Shown: one piece after another, positions 13,361-27,715 of the stretch
Layout of the letters: each line of letters opens with the position of its first letter
Position numbering within the stretch: position 1 is the first letter of the stretch
Assembly: GCA_964016885.1 (NCBI GenBank)
Contig: OZ024761.1
Span: 6,448,001-6,512,000, forward strand
Direction of reading: 5' to 3'
DNA: 64,000 nucleotides
Source of the DNA: Eledone cirrhosa
Taxonomy: Eukaryota
Made by a program: the position numbers and the translations under genes
Notes under the pieces: model-generated
The model's database searches: none
What the model was told of the DNA's origin: nothing
What the model saw: the letters and a program-made list of their open reading frames with translations, nothing else

Positions 13361-13930
13361 ACAAAGGGCGGAAGAACTCATAAGAGTCAACGGACATCCA
13401 AAAGTGTGTAAATATGTATATACACATGTACTGCGCGGTTAATATGCCTATGTATTTATATGTATATATGTATTTGCATGTATATGTATATATGTATATG
13501 CATGTGTATGTATATGCGCGGGGACATAGAAATAGTCGGGTTGGATACCCGATTGCGCGGTTAAACCACTGGGAGTGAAGGACCCCTAGCCTTTGTCAGG
13601 GCATTCTTCTAGGAGAAGGCAACTCAGGAAACTGGGATAACTCCGACATAAAACCTGCGGCTCAGTAGTTACCGATGTTGTTGATCTTTTCTTCTTTTAG
13701 GGTTATAGCTACTGTCGCTCAGAGAGTGGGATTGGCTCAGTGCACAGTCTTTCTACACTTAAAAAAAATCTTTGCGCACAGGCATTGCACGATAGAATTA
13801 ATTAATAATGGTATATCGTGCAATGGCCATACTCGATAACGAGGGGACAGTCATCATGTATGTATGTATGTATGTATGTATGTATGTATGTATGTATGTA
13901 TGTATGTATGTCTATATGTATGTTTGTATG
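13361..13930 (+). mobile_element. Non-autonomous element X2 (diverged relative of X1) with (ATGT)n tail
   Basis: Shares taagagtcaa.gg.catccaaaa, tagcctttgtca, ttctaggagaagg, agagagtggga and the terminal tggcc.tactcga.aacgag...cagtca blocks with X1. Confidence 0.55.
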
Positions 13931-15525
13931 TTCTTCTGGTTTTATAACTTCAAAAATTTGTGCCAATAGAGAGAGAGTCGGTTTCTAACAGACACAAGAC
14001 TCTCTCATTGGAATTTACACAGCATCAACTAGGTAGATATGTATGTATGTATGTATGTGTGTGTGTGTGTGTAGATATGGATGTTATTGTGTGTGTGGAT
14101 GTGGATGTTTTCAGTTATATGTGTGCATATGCTTTGTATCTGTACATGTGTATATGCAGTTATTAGATTCTGAATTTTTGGAATGTTTTACATATTTTTA
14201 CTGTTCCATTAATGGATTGTACTTGTAATTTCCTAACTAGTTGTGTTCTTTCTGTTCCTGTGAAGCCCAGCTTCTCAAGATTTGTATTGAGGCAGTTACT
14301 AACATACCCCAGTGCCCCAATAATCACAGGCATAAATCTGAAGGTATAGTCAGAGTGGAGTATCTGTAGATTTCTCATTAGTTCTGCTTAGATATTCTCC
14401 TTTTCGCCAATCCTTAATATTATATTGGCATCTGATGGGCAGCTAACTTCCACTACTGTGCATTTCATCTTTTCCCTGTCCCATATCATAATATCTGGTC
14501 TGTTATGCCTGCATTTTATTGGGGTTTTTACTGGAACATTCCACAGTACTCTTTCATATTATGTACATGGATGTCTTCCACATTGCTGTAGCTTTTAATG
14601 TGTTTATTATCGGGGCTATCTTTTTTACGGATTACATTGTACAGTGTTTTGGCCACTACATTATGCCTCATAGGTAGATAGTACCGCGATGACATCTTTG
14701 GACAGCTGCTGATGACATGGGTGATATCCTCGATGTTAAATCTGCAGAGTCTGCACTTGTATCACATCTAGGTGTTTTGCCTGCATCCTTATCTCTTTTG
14801 TGAATCAGGTATTTGATTTCCTGTTCTTGGATTGCAAAAGCGTATCCTTCAAAGTGGGAGCCAATATAGCGGTTGTTGGTCCAAGATAGACTACTTTCCT
14901 TATCTATATTACTCTCACTCTGGAGCCTCCTGGCAACATATCCATGCATGATTTTCTGCTGATAAGCATGCAGTTTTTCACCCATGGATTCACTGCGGTA
15001 CTGCTGAGCAACTTCCCTGGGTGTGAGTTTTTGATTATCACACGGGGAATATCTCTTGAGGAGTTCCTTCCCAACTCTCATGATCATATCTGTCTCATGC
15101 AGATAGACTTGCTCGAGAGATGGGCTCCTATGCTTCGAGGCTCGTAGATGCTGTTGGAAGGATATGATGCGACATTCAAATGTTGTCTGGACTGATGCTA
15201 GGCCTCTGCCTCCCTGCCTACGTTTCAAGTAGAGGCGGTCTATGTCACTGTTGATGTGGAAGTTTCCGGTGTTGTTTAGAATTTTTGGAGTCTTAACATC
15301 AATTTCTCGGATTTCGTCTATTGTCCAATTGAGTATTCCAAACGTTGGTGTTAGGACAGGCACAGCAAACACATTGTGAGACACTGTTTAATTGTGCGCA
15401 GAGAGTTCCGATGACTATATTTTTTCTCAATCGGGTGTAATATTCCCTGGTTACGCGTTCCTTATTACAAATACCGTTACAGGATATGTTCTCATCTATC
15501 TCCAGGTATCTGTAGCAGTCCTCGT
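13931..15525 (-). mobile_element. Second R4/Dong-like LINE 3' fragment (RT C-terminus plus RLE), degraded
   Basis: HNVFAVPVLTPTFG, IDRLYLKRRQGGRGL, AIQEQEI, RPDIMIWD, PVIIGALG; 3' end abuts (ATGT)n. Confidence 0.85.
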
Positions 15526-15613
<88 letters not shown>

Positions 15614-15789
15614 GGACGTACATATACTGTATGATGTATATTAACATCTAGTCCACGAGTATATACTAGTGTATATATGCAGTGTGTGTGCCAATCTACA
15701 CGCGAGTTTTGTGTATATATATATGTATGTGATGTATATAGTGGCCAAGAATAGCTGCATGAACCAGTCGATAAAATGTTGTCACATCC

Positions 15790-16135
15790 CCTCCTCCGTT
15801 CCTCTCCAGGAAGCCTGCACAGTGCACTCTACATGTGAAGGGAGTTCCACTGAAGCAGGTAGAGAAGTTCAAGTATCTCGGGGTCGTGTTCACGAGTAAT
15901 GGAAGGCAGGAGGTTGAATTAAGTGCAAGAATTGCAGGATCTGGTGCTGTAATCTAGCTTCAGCTAGAAGATCCCGAGCAAGATGATTGGATAACATCCA
16001 TGAGTTCGGCTGGTCTCGCTTGTGGATCCCGCCGAATCAGTTGGAGACAGTTGCTTCTCACAGAACCCGCTGGAAGGAGTGCCTGAGGGCTCTGTCTCTA
16101 CGACCCTCCCAGGAATAAGTGGGCGAAGACGAGAA
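15790..16135 (+). mobile_element. RTE (Expander/Rex3-like) LINE fragment with internal deletion
   Basis: LKQVEKFKYLGVVFTSNGRQEVELSARIAG followed by a C-terminal GWSRLWIPP...RTRWKECL segment. Confidence 0.7.
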
Positions 16136-16789
16136 AAATACGTAAAAACAACTCTTAACTTTGTATTCGTCACTTATTTCCGAGAGTTATATTTTTTGTC
16201 GCACTCTCTGCAACCTGGTCACAGACACAGTTTCCCTGCAAGCTTATATCGCTACAGATTGGAAGATATACAGTCTTTGCAGGGTCTTTTATTAATGTTT
16301 GCCTAGACGATGTGTGCCCCTTTCTCTCAAATAGAAGTTTGGCAAGCTAACAAACCTACATTTTGACACTACGTACTCTGATCACACTAAGATAATTTAC
16401 ATAGCCTGCATATTTTAATGCACAGTCCACACTCACCCACGCCAAATCATTTTATATGTCATAACACCACCGCTTTGAATATTTCCATAACGGTACTGCA
16501 TGGAGGTGAAGTGTAGTGATATATCTATTGGTTGAGGACATTCCGAGTGAATTGGCCTGCTCTGAGTATGCACCTGTAGATTGGATATGGAAAACTGAGA
16601 GAGGGCACTTACCCTGCTGGTCAAGGTGACCATGGCTTTTGTGGGCTTTCTCCACGAGTAACCCTCGGGGATTTTTTCTTTGTTTCCATTTTTTGTTTAC
16701 ACGCAGTAACCCATATATCTACCCTCCTGTGCTGCTCTTAATGTATTTTTTGTAAACCCCTTGTGCTTAATAAAGAAGTCATCATTGTG

Positions 16790-17105
16790 GATTGGCAGTA
16801 TCGGTGGAGGGTCTGACGCTATGCTTTGCAGCAAAGAGTTACGCCCCTTTATGATTTGAGTGCAAATCCCGCCGAGGTTAACTTTGCCTTTCATCCTTAC
16901 GGGGTCGATAAAATAAAGTACCAGTAATGTATTAGGTAATTGCTGGCCTTGTGCCAAAAGTAGAAACAATTATTATTATTATGGTCTGAGTTCAAATCCC
17001 GCCAAGGTTAACTTTGCCTTTCATCCTTACGGGGGTCGATAAAATAAAGTACCAGTAATACACTGGGATAATTGCTGGCCTTGTGCCAAAAGTAGAAACA
17101 ATTAT
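16790..17105 (+). mobile_element. Two tandem Meta-type SINE copies
   Basis: Same A/B boxes and central domain as 9315-9635; tail attgctggccttgtgccaaaagtagaaacaatta. Confidence 0.85.
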
Positions 17106-17114
17106 ATATATATA

Positions 17115-17597
17115 AACGCCCTTCAGTCACGAATGACATTGTTTTGCGCCTAGAAAGTTCCCCTCCTAGCATATGCCTGGGCAAGGTGTGTTTGTGGAAA
17201 ACCAGTAGACACCCGGATATACCCGTGTCCCCACTCCACGCCACCGATGTTGTCCAAGGGAAAGGCTAGGGCCGATACAGCTTGGCACCAGAGTTGTCGA
17301 AACTCATTTCTACAGCCGAGTGAACTGGAGCAATGTGAAATAAAGTGTCTTGCTCAAGGACACGGGACTGGAGCAACGTGAAATAAAGCGTCTTGCTGAA
17401 GGACACAGTGGACTGGAGCAACGTGAAATAAAGTGTCTTGCTTAAGGACACAGTGGACTGGAGCAACGTGAAATAAAGTGTCTTGCTTAAGGACACTGGA
17501 CTGGAGCAACGTGAAATAAAGTGTCTTGCTCAAGGACACAGTGGACTGGAGCAATGTGAAATAAAGTGTCTTGCTCAAGGACACAGTGGACTGGAGT
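17115..17597 (-). mobile_element. CORE-like SINE whose core is amplified as about 6 tandem 43-45 bp units
   Basis: ctggagcaacgtgaaataaagtgtcttgctcaaggacacagtgga repeated from 17325 to 17597. Confidence 0.75.
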
Positions 17598-17599
17598 CT

Positions 17600-18015
17600 T
17601 TCAAATCAAGATTTGGACACCATGGCCCACCCAAGTAGAGGGTTATTGTTTACGGATACATATCCGGGTGTAGGAGGTTTATCCAGGATTTCTTGAAGTA
17701 ATTTGTCCAAAGACTTCTTGAACTTTATGGGGTCTGTTTCTGTTTTAATGTGTTTTGGTGTAATGTTAAAGAGAGCGGGGCCAATTGAGGTGAAATAATT
17801 GTGCCGTAATGTTGCTATGAGATGCGTGTTTAATCTTTGTTTTGGGCGAATAGCACGGGGCCCAAGCCTTAGGTGTACATTAAAGGTGATGCCAACATCC
17901 TTTGGGCAATGCTGATGGAATATTTTCCACATCATGCTGATAGTGTAGCGCTCACGGTGGTGTTAGAGAGAATAGAGTTTGAACTTTTCTAGTCGACCCC
18001 AATAGTCAAGGCCTA
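17600..18015 (-). mobile_element. CR1-clade LINE 3' fragment
   Basis: LDYWGRLEKFKLYSL..RERY, WKI, GPALFN, FKKSLDKLL..I.DKP; CR1-type C-terminus. Confidence 0.75.
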
Positions 18016-18196
18016 TATGTGTGTGTGTGAAGAAAGCACTGGTGTCACAGGAGCTGAGTACTCGGCGTTCAAGCCTGTTCATATATGAAATTACCAGTAA
18101 ACCCGAGAGGCTGGATCCCGTGGGTAGTCCAGAGGTCTATTGGTAGGTTTGTCCCAGGAAGTTGAAAAAGGCGTTGTTTACAATGATGGATATATA

Positions 18197-18522
18197 CTGT
18201 GTACCCCCGCCATTCGCGGTCCCTGTTATTCGCAGAATTTTCCTTACAATCTAACTAATAATTATTTGTGGAAACTACCGCATATTCGCGGAATTGTAAT
18301 ATCTTCCATGACTTTTCATGACTTTTTTCGTGGCAATATATATTTTTTCATGCTTTTTAACGCTAAATTACTGATAACAATATACCGTATTTGGCGGTCT
18401 ATATTTTACGTTATGTTTTGACGTTTATAGGCATTGTTCTAGACCAGGTCCAATATTCGCGGTTTTTCACTCTTCGCGGGTTCTCTATGAACGTAAGCCC
18501 CGTGAATACCGGGGGACATTTG
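18197..18522. mobile_element. Tigger/pogo-like MITE
   Basis: TA-flanked imperfect TIR ctgtgtacccccgccattcgcgg / ccgtgaataccgggggacatttg; internal attcgcgg repeats. Confidence 0.6.
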
Positions 18523-18994
18523 TATATATATAATTATAGAAATCCGTATCAAAATTGTAATTGTTTAAGGGCCGGTAATGTGTGCGCCCTAGATAGCTGC
18601 CCAGTTTACCTTAATGGTAGCATCGTAGATGGTGGTCTACTTCATCAGAGCCGACCTGGGGCTAAATAACAGCACTATACAGATGACCCTCGAGAGAGGT
18701 AGACGATCCTCGAGAGAGGCAGACGACGGAGAGTGAGAGACAGAGACAGAGACAGAGACAGAGAAAGAGAGAGAGAGGCAGACGACAGAGAGAGAGGTAG
18801 ACGACAGAGAGAGAGGTAGACGACAGAGAGAGAGAGAGGCAGACGTCAGAGAGAGAGAGAGAGAGAGAGGCAGACGACAGAGAGAGAGAGAGAGGAAGAA
18901 TGGCTGACCTAGAAATTTTAGAAATAAAATAAACATGTTTTATCTCTCTCAGTCTTTCATCTTAGTGAAATTTGGTGGCTAGTGAAAATATTAC

Positions 18995-20984
18995 ACACTT
19001 ACAGACACATACAGAGACAGACATATATATAGAGGCATATACACATATATACAGAGACAGACATATATATAGAGGCATATACACATATATACAGAGACAG
19101 ACATATATATAGAGGCATATACACATATATACAGAGACAGACATATATATAGAGGCATATACACATATATACAGAGACAGACATATATATAGAGGCATAT
19201 ACACATATATACAGAGACAGATATATATATAGAGGCATATACACATATATACAGAGACAGACATATATATAGAGGCATATACACATATATACAGACATAT
19301 ATATAGTGGCATATACACAACTTACAGACATATATATAGAGGCATATACACATACATACAGAGACAGACATATATATAGTGGCGTATACACATACATACA
19401 GACATATATATAGTGGCATATACACATACATACAGACATATATATAGTGGCATATACACATACATACAGACATATATATATAGTGGCATATACACATACA
19501 TACAGAGACAGACATATATATAGTGGCGTATACACAGCTTACAGACATATATATATATATAGTGGCATATACACACATACAGAGACAGACATACGTATAT
19601 AGGCATATACACATACATACAGACATATATATAGTGGCATATACACATACATACAGACATATATATAGTGGCATATACACATACATACAGACATATATAT
19701 AGTGGCATATACACATACATACAGACATATATATAGAGGCATATACACATACATACAGACATATATATAGTGGCATATACACATACATACAGACATATAT
19801 ATAGAGGCATATACACATACATACAGACATATATATAGTGGCATATACACATATATACAGACATATATATAAAGGCATATACACATACATACAGACATAT
19901 ATATAGTGGCATATACACATACATACAGACATATATATAGAGGCATATACACATACATACAGACATATATATAGTGGCATATACACATACATACAGACAT
20001 ATATATAAAGGCATATACACATACATACAGACATATATATAGTGGCATATACACATACATACAGACATATATATAGAGGCATATACACATACATACAGAC
20101 ATATATATAGTGGCATATACACATATACATACAGACATATATATAGAGGCATATACACAGCTTACTGACATGTATATATAGTGGCATATACACATATACA
20201 GACATATATATATATATATAGTGGCATATACACATACATACAGACATATATATAGTGGCATATACACATCTTACAGACATATATATAGTGGCATATACAC
20301 ATATACAGACAGACATATATATAGAGGCATATACACATATATACAGACATTTACACATATATACAGACACATACAGACATACATATATATAGAGGCATAT
20401 ACACATTCATACAGACATATATATAGTGGCATATACACAGCTTACAGACACATATATATAGTGGCATATACACATATACAGACAGACATATATATAGAGA
20501 CATATACACATATACAGACATATACACATATATACAGACACACATATATATAGAGACATATACACATATACAGACATATATAAAGTGGCATATACACAGC
20601 TTACAGACATATATATATAGTGGCATATACACATACATACAGACATATACACATATATAGACACATACAGACATACATATATAGAGAGACATATACACAT
20701 ATACAGACATATATATATACAGTCAGACATATAGGGGCATATACACATATATGCAGACATATATATATAGAGGCATATACACATATATACAGACAGACAT
20801 ATATATATATATAGACATATACACATATACAGACAGACATATAGAGGCATATACACACACATACAGACATATATAGAGGCATATACACACATATACAGAC
20901 ACATACATATATATAGAGAGACATATACAGACATATACATACACATATATATGGAGACATATATAGACATACAGACATATATAT
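18995..20984. repeat. About 34-40 bp minisatellite (acagacatatatatag(t/a)ggcatatacacatacat)n
   Basis: Direct inspection. Confidence 0.9.
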
Positions 20985-22147
20985 ACTAGACCTGAAAAAT
21001 GCGCAAGCTGAAAAGAGCCACAGAATGTTATAATAAACCTTCAAAAGTGTGGGACTAGAGTTGTTGCTCAAAAATATTGTAATCGTTATCTATCGTACAC
21101 TCTGTGGCATCCTTTTATAAAAAAGAGACTCATAACGAAATCAAGACGACACGATAAATATTTAAGCTAATGTTCAATATCTCATATTAGATGTTTTAGT
21201 AATGATTAATACGAAATGCACTTAAACCGAATTCTATATTATAAATTCACTTAAATAATTATCGTGTCGTCTTGAGTTCGTTATGAGTCTCTTTTTTTAT
21301 AAAAGGATGCCACAGAGTGTACGATAGATAATGATTACAATATTTTTGAGCAACAACTCTAGTCCCACACTTTTGAAGGTTTATTATAACATTCTGTGGC
21401 TCTTTTGAGCATTTTTCAGGTCTAGTTTAATATTTTTTTAAGCAACGCTTGTAATAACTCTAGTTAAACATGATATATATTAATAATGAATTATCGTTGT
21501 AATGTAATTAGATTATATAATTGTTATTTTATAAATGATCTTATAAATATTATTGTAAGATGTATAAAAATATTTTCAGACTTTTAATATAAACAACTAC
21601 AAAAAACAATCAATATTAAATAAATATATTTTACATAATAATTGTTATAGTTGAATTAATAAAAATTAAATATTACATACAAATAGTCTAACATAATAAT
21701 AATAAAATAATCTAACATAAAACGAACAATAATATGGACATATATACAAGTAAATATGATACAACCAATATTCTAAGCATGTTATAACGAACTGAAAATA
21801 AAATAGTTAATATAAATTTAAAAAATCATATATAAATTAACAATATAACTTAGCAAAACGAGAAAAATATTTTGATGATAAAACGACAAAATACAGGAGA
21901 GAGATTCGAAAGCGAAACGATAAATAAATGTGCAAACAAAACGCTTTTGAGCAACAATTACTCTCGTTGGTTGATTAGCCAATAAGACGATGAAATTAGC
22001 CAATAAGATGATACATTACAAAACATGTTTCGAAGGAATCGCCACGGCCAGTGATACCCCTTGAATCTTTTATTCACAAGCTACGCATATATTGTCAGAC
22101 AACATGCAGACTTAAAACATTCTGTTGTTAGTCACTGCGTGTCTAAC
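20985..22147. mobile_element. Unclassified repeat element Y with internal fold-back of its left end
   Basis: Left end (agacctgaaaaatgcgcaagc) and right end (cattctgttgttagtcact.cgtgtctaac) recur at 58164 and 59740; arms 20985-21166 and 21250-21426 are inverted. Confidence 0.6.
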
Positions 22148-22924
22148 AGATATAGACATATATATAAAGGTATATACACACATATACATACAGACAAATA
22201 TAGAGACGTATACACACATATACAGACACATATATATATATATATATATATAGACATAAACATAGACATATACAGACACATACATACACACATACACATA
22301 CTGACACATACATACACACACACACACATATATATAGAGAGACATATAGACACATAAAGACATATAGAAACATATACACACATATACACACACATACATA
22401 CACATACATACACACACATACACACATATGGACGCATACATATATATATAGAGACATATACAGACACATACAGACAATATACAGACACATACATATATAT
22501 ATAGAGACATATACACACATATACATATATAAAGACATTACAACACATATACAGTCACGTACACATACATACAGACACATACATACACATATACAGACAC
22601 ATACATACATATACATACACATACATACACACATATACAGACAAATACAGACATATACATACACATACAGACATACACACATATACAGACACATACATAC
22701 ACATACAGACATACACACATATACAGACACACATACACACATATACAGACATACACACACATACAGACATACATACATACACACATATATATATACATAT
22801 ATATGCATACAAATATATATATATATACATATACATATATAGAGGTACATATACATACATAGACACATAGAAATACATATATATATATATACACATGCAT
22901 ACATTTAAATGTATACAGACAGAT

Positions 22925-23737
22925 ATTATAAGGGCGCAACGTTATATCTATGTATCTATCTAAAAAGAAAGACTAAGAATTATAGAGAGAGATCTTTAAA
23001 TCGCCTAATGCGGTCCCCAGGGCATTGAAAATTTAAAATATTTTTTGCTCAAAACACTCACAGGACCATAAGTATTATATGTGTAAAGTTTGAAAACAAT
23101 CGATTGGGTGGTTCTCGAGTTTTAGGGAGTCAGACAGACAGACAGACATTCTCTGTTTTAGATATATACTAGCAGTCGTACCCGGCGTTGCACGGGATAA
23201 GGTATTTTGAAACGCGGGCCGTCAACGGACCTAATCGTGGAAAAACTGCATGCCTGGACAATATGTAAAGAAAATAAACGGAATACTCTGATGGCTGGAT
23301 AATCTTTAAGATTTTCCTCGATGAAGCAGGAAAAATGCATAATATGCCTTAAAATTTCGGAAAAATCGGCTCGAGGTAACGCCTCAAAAAAGCCCTATAA
23401 AGCTAAAAAATAAAGTTTTTCACTTAATGCGGGCCCTAGGCCATAAAAAAGTTGGATTTTCTTTGCTCACGGTATGAAGAAGAGACTGACTAATACATAG
23501 TTACAATTCCAAGGAAATCGGTCTGACGTAACGCCTCAAAAATCCCCTAGAAAGCTGAAAAAACGCAGTTTTCACCTTATTGCGGCCTCTAGGGGATCAA
23601 AAAGTTGAATTTTTTTTATGTGAATAAAACTTTTCACCTAATTTTATGTGCATAACACTCCCTGAAACATAAGTAATACACATGTAAAGTTTGAAAAAAA
23701 TCGGTCGGGTATTTCTCGAGTTTAAGGGATTCGAACT

Positions 23738-23768
<31 letters not shown>

Positions 23769-23995
23769 CCTCAATTTTATATATATAGATGTATATATCT
23801 AAAAAGAAAGACTAAGAATTATAGAGAGAGATCGCTAAATCGCCTAATGCGGTCCCCAGGGCATTGAAAATTTGAAATATTTTTTGCCCAAAACACTCAC
23901 AGGACCATAAGTATTACATGTGTAAAGTTTGAAAACAATCGGTTGGGTGGTTCTCGAGTTTTAGGGAGTCAGACAGACATTCTCTGTTTTAGTAA
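22925..23995 (+). mobile_element. Helitron/Helentron-like non-autonomous elements (tandem or nested)
   Basis: actagcagtcgtacccggcgttgcacgggat start with short hairpin; acagacagac/acacac microsatellite near the ends; about 200 bp direct repeat (22960-23160 / 23797-23990); related copy at 52478-53375. Confidence 0.6.
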
Positions 23996-24116
23996 TATAT
24001 ATGTATACATATATATATATATAACCGTCGAAACAGCTTGAGCTCTGCCGTCGGGTCAAACATTTTCCTATATGTGTTTATATATATATATATGTGTGTG
24101 TATATATATATGTGCG

Positions 24117-24155
<39 letters not shown>

Positions 24156-24569
24156 TGCATGTGTGTATGTGTAAACAATACACATAAACGCACACCTACA
24201 AGATCTCTCTCTCCCTCTCTTTATACTCCCTCTCTCCCTCTCTTTATACTCCCTCTCTCCCTCTCTTTTTACTCCCTCTCTCCCTCTCTTTACCCTCCCC
24301 TCCCCTTCTCTACAGCCCTCTCTTTCTGTCTTCCTTCCTCCAGCTTTTTCTTATCTCTTCCTCCAACATACCCACCTCTCCCCTGCCACCCCCTCTCTCT
24401 ATATTCCTCTATCCCTCTCCCTCCCTCTCTCTATATATATCTACCACTCCCCTTTCCTCTCCCTCTTTCCCTTTACTGACCAATCCATTACAACAAACAA
24501 CAGCCCCTCCCCCTCAATTTCCTTTTTTCAACCCCTTCACACCTTCATACACATATTAAATATATACAT

Positions 24570-24681
<112 letters not shown>

Positions 24682-24709
24682 TCATATATTTATATATATA
24701 TACACATTC

Positions 24710-24740
<31 letters not shown>

Positions 24741-25435
24741 TACACATATATACATACACACACATATATATATATATATACACATTCATATATATATATA
24801 TATATATATACACTCACACATATATATGTACACACACACATATATATGTACACACACACACACACACACCCATATATACATATGTACACACATATATATA
24901 TACACACACATATATACACACGCACATATATATGTACGTACACACACATATATATATGTACACACACACACACACCCATATATACATATGTACACACACA
25001 TATATATATATATACACACACACACATATATACACACGCACATATATACACACGCAGATTATTTGTGTCAATATGTTTTTATCTTTATTGTTAAGCCTTA
25101 CAGTAACAAGGTCGGTCAATTGGTAACCCCCCCCCCCCACACACACACATGGGTTTATGGCTGTAAATATATATACGTGTGTGTATATGTGTATCTCTGT
25201 GTGTGTGTCTGTGTGTGTGTGTATCTATGTGTGTGTGAGGATGTGTGTGCGTGTGTATGTATCGAAAATCTAAATAAAGAATAAACATCTTGGCTGAGGA
25301 CTATTCAGGGCGAATGCATGTGGGTGGGTGAATAGATAAATGCTCACCATACATACACACACATATATATAAAAATACACAAACATACAAGCACATACAT
25401 ACACACACACATATAAAAATACACAAACATACAAG

Positions 25436-25509
<74 letters not shown>

Positions 25510-25514
25510 TGTAT

Positions 25515-25665
25515 TTGTTTTGCGAGGTTTTTCATATGAAATCGTGTGTTGAAACAGATATTGTTATACTTGGGGAGGGTCATATCGTTGTAATACTATT
25601 GCCAGAAATAATAACATAATAGTACCACTGATGATGTTGCAGATGTGCAACGAAAGAACTTTGTT

Positions 25666-25700
<35 letters not shown>

Positions 25701-25798
25701 TTATATCTGTATTTTTAACCGTTGGTCAGTCAATGATAAACATTGATTGCCAAATGAATTAACCTCCCCAAGTATAACAATATATATATATATATGTA

Positions 25799-25845
<47 letters not shown>

Positions 25846-26415
25846 CGGCGATGAATTAGTTTTGCGAGGTGTTTTATATGAAATCGTGTGTCGAAACAAA
25901 TATTGTTATACTTGGGGAGGGTCATATTTCTGTAATATTGCCAGAAATAATAACAGAACACACTCACTGTTTGGTTGGTTTTCGCTTTTCGCTTCTGTCT
26001 TTTATATCGGTAACCTAATTTTCTCGGTCCTCAATGTTGCCATTGACTGACCGACGGTCAAAAATAATACAGATACAATATAGACACAAACACATATATA
26101 TAGTTTATCATAAATCTTTCGTTGCACATCTGCAATATTACACAAATATGACCCTCCCCAAGTATAACAATATATATGTATATATATATATATATATATT
26201 TGTTTTGTAAGATTTTTGATATGAAATCGTGTGTCGAAACAAATATTGTTATACTTGGGGAGGGTCATATTGTTGTAATAATATTGCCAGAAATAATAAC
26301 AGAACACACTCACTGTTTGGTTGGTTTTCTCTTCTGTATCTTTTATATCTCCACAGTTAATTCATTCGGTCCTCAATGTTTATCATTGACTGACCAACGG
26401 TCAAAAATACAGATA
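25515..26415. mobile_element. Cluster of short PLE family A termini in both orientations, in (TA)n
   Basis: Repeated matches to 300-590 and 3697-3959; HHR motif CTGATGA-tgttgcagatgtgcaac-GAAA at 25628-25655. Confidence 0.8.
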
Positions 26416-26593
26416 TAAATATATATATAAAAATACAGATTTTTAATATATATATATATATATGTATATATAAAATTTTGAATACATCTTCTCTTTTCAT
26501 GATATTTGGATTACATTGAGTTCTTCATTCGGATTGTACACTACCGTATATTTTGGTAGATTTATCTATCTATATATATATATATATATATAT

Positions 26594-26913
26594 ATATTGA
26601 AAAGATAACAAGGACGATTGGTTACTCCTTCATTACATTTATTGGTTCGAGACGCGCGTTTCGCCACTGATCAGCTCACGGTTCGATCTGTATCGATGTT
26701 ACCCGACTCTGATCGATACAGATCGAACCTTGAGCTTATCAGTGGCGAAACGCGCGTCACCAACAAATAAATGTAATGAAGGAGTAACCAACCGTCGTTT
26801 TTATCTTTTCAATATATTACACTCTGCATAGCTCTACACCTCAACACAGAAGTGAACCTAAACATCGAGTGCTCACCCGGGTGAACCTACAGTAACTCCA
26901 AGTTACACTCCCT

Positions 26914-26915
<2 letters not shown>
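26594..26915. mobile_element. Palindromic PLE-type 3'-end insertion with HHR 3' halves
   Basis: Arms 26594-26697 / 26712-26815; each has GAAACGCGCGTC followed by AATAAA; (TA)n flanks. Confidence 0.75.
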
Positions 26916-26968
<53 letters not shown>

Positions 26969-26983
26969 TACATACACTCACAC

Positions 26984-27024
<41 letters not shown>

Positions 27025-27087
27025 TCTTTTTTTTTCTTCAAAGGAAGGCCACTGTTGTTCAACAGATGAATCTAAATAGTTTTAGAG

Positions 27088-27495
27088 TTTATTATCACAT
27101 CGTCAGAGGTGGGCCGCTCATTAACTGCAGCTCAATTATCACATCGTCAGAGATGAGCCGCTGATTAATTGCAGCTCAAGTCTATGTAAAGTGGTTGATC
27201 ATACTATTACCACATCGTCAGAGATGAGCCGCTCATTACCTGCAGCTCAAGTCTATGTATAGTGGTTGGTCATACTATTATCACATCGTCAGAGATGAGT
27301 CGCTCATTAACTACAACTCAATTATCATATCGTCAGAGATGAGCCGCTCATCAGCCGCAGCTCAATTCTATGTAAAGTGTTTCATACTATTATCATATCG
27401 TCAGAGATGAGCCGCTCATCAGCCGCAGCTCAATTCTATGTAAAGTGTTTCATACTATTATCACATCGTCAGAGATGAGTCGCTCATTAACTGCT
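27088..27495. repeat. Tandem 45-72 bp repeat (tatcacatcgtcagagatgagccgctca...)
   Basis: About 7 copies of the core visible. Confidence 0.85.
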
Positions 27496-27680
27496 GGTTA
27501 AATCGACCTCAGTGCCTTACTGGTACTTAATTATGGTGTGGTGGTAATGTTGGTGGTCGTCGTGGTGGTGGTGGGGTTGGTGATGGTAGTCATGGTGGTG
27601 GTGACGGTTGCTTAATGTAGAACTCTGCATTTTTTCACCTCTTTCTTAAGATGAAGTACAGTGATTATGCAGTAATAATA

Positions 27681-27711
<31 letters not shown>

Positions 27712-27715
<4 letters not shown>

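Noticed and set aside
16433-16690. Minus-strand segment ending in a GTGAGT donor-like site
   Set aside because: No recognisable protein similarity and no clear acceptor.
16790-16875. tRNA gene
   Set aside because: A/B boxes belong to multi-copy SINE heads; no cloverleaf.
27088-27495. Tandem repeat containing CTGACGA...GAAA on minus (possible HHR array)
   Set aside because: GAAA occurs in only two units and convincing stems I, II and III could not be formed.
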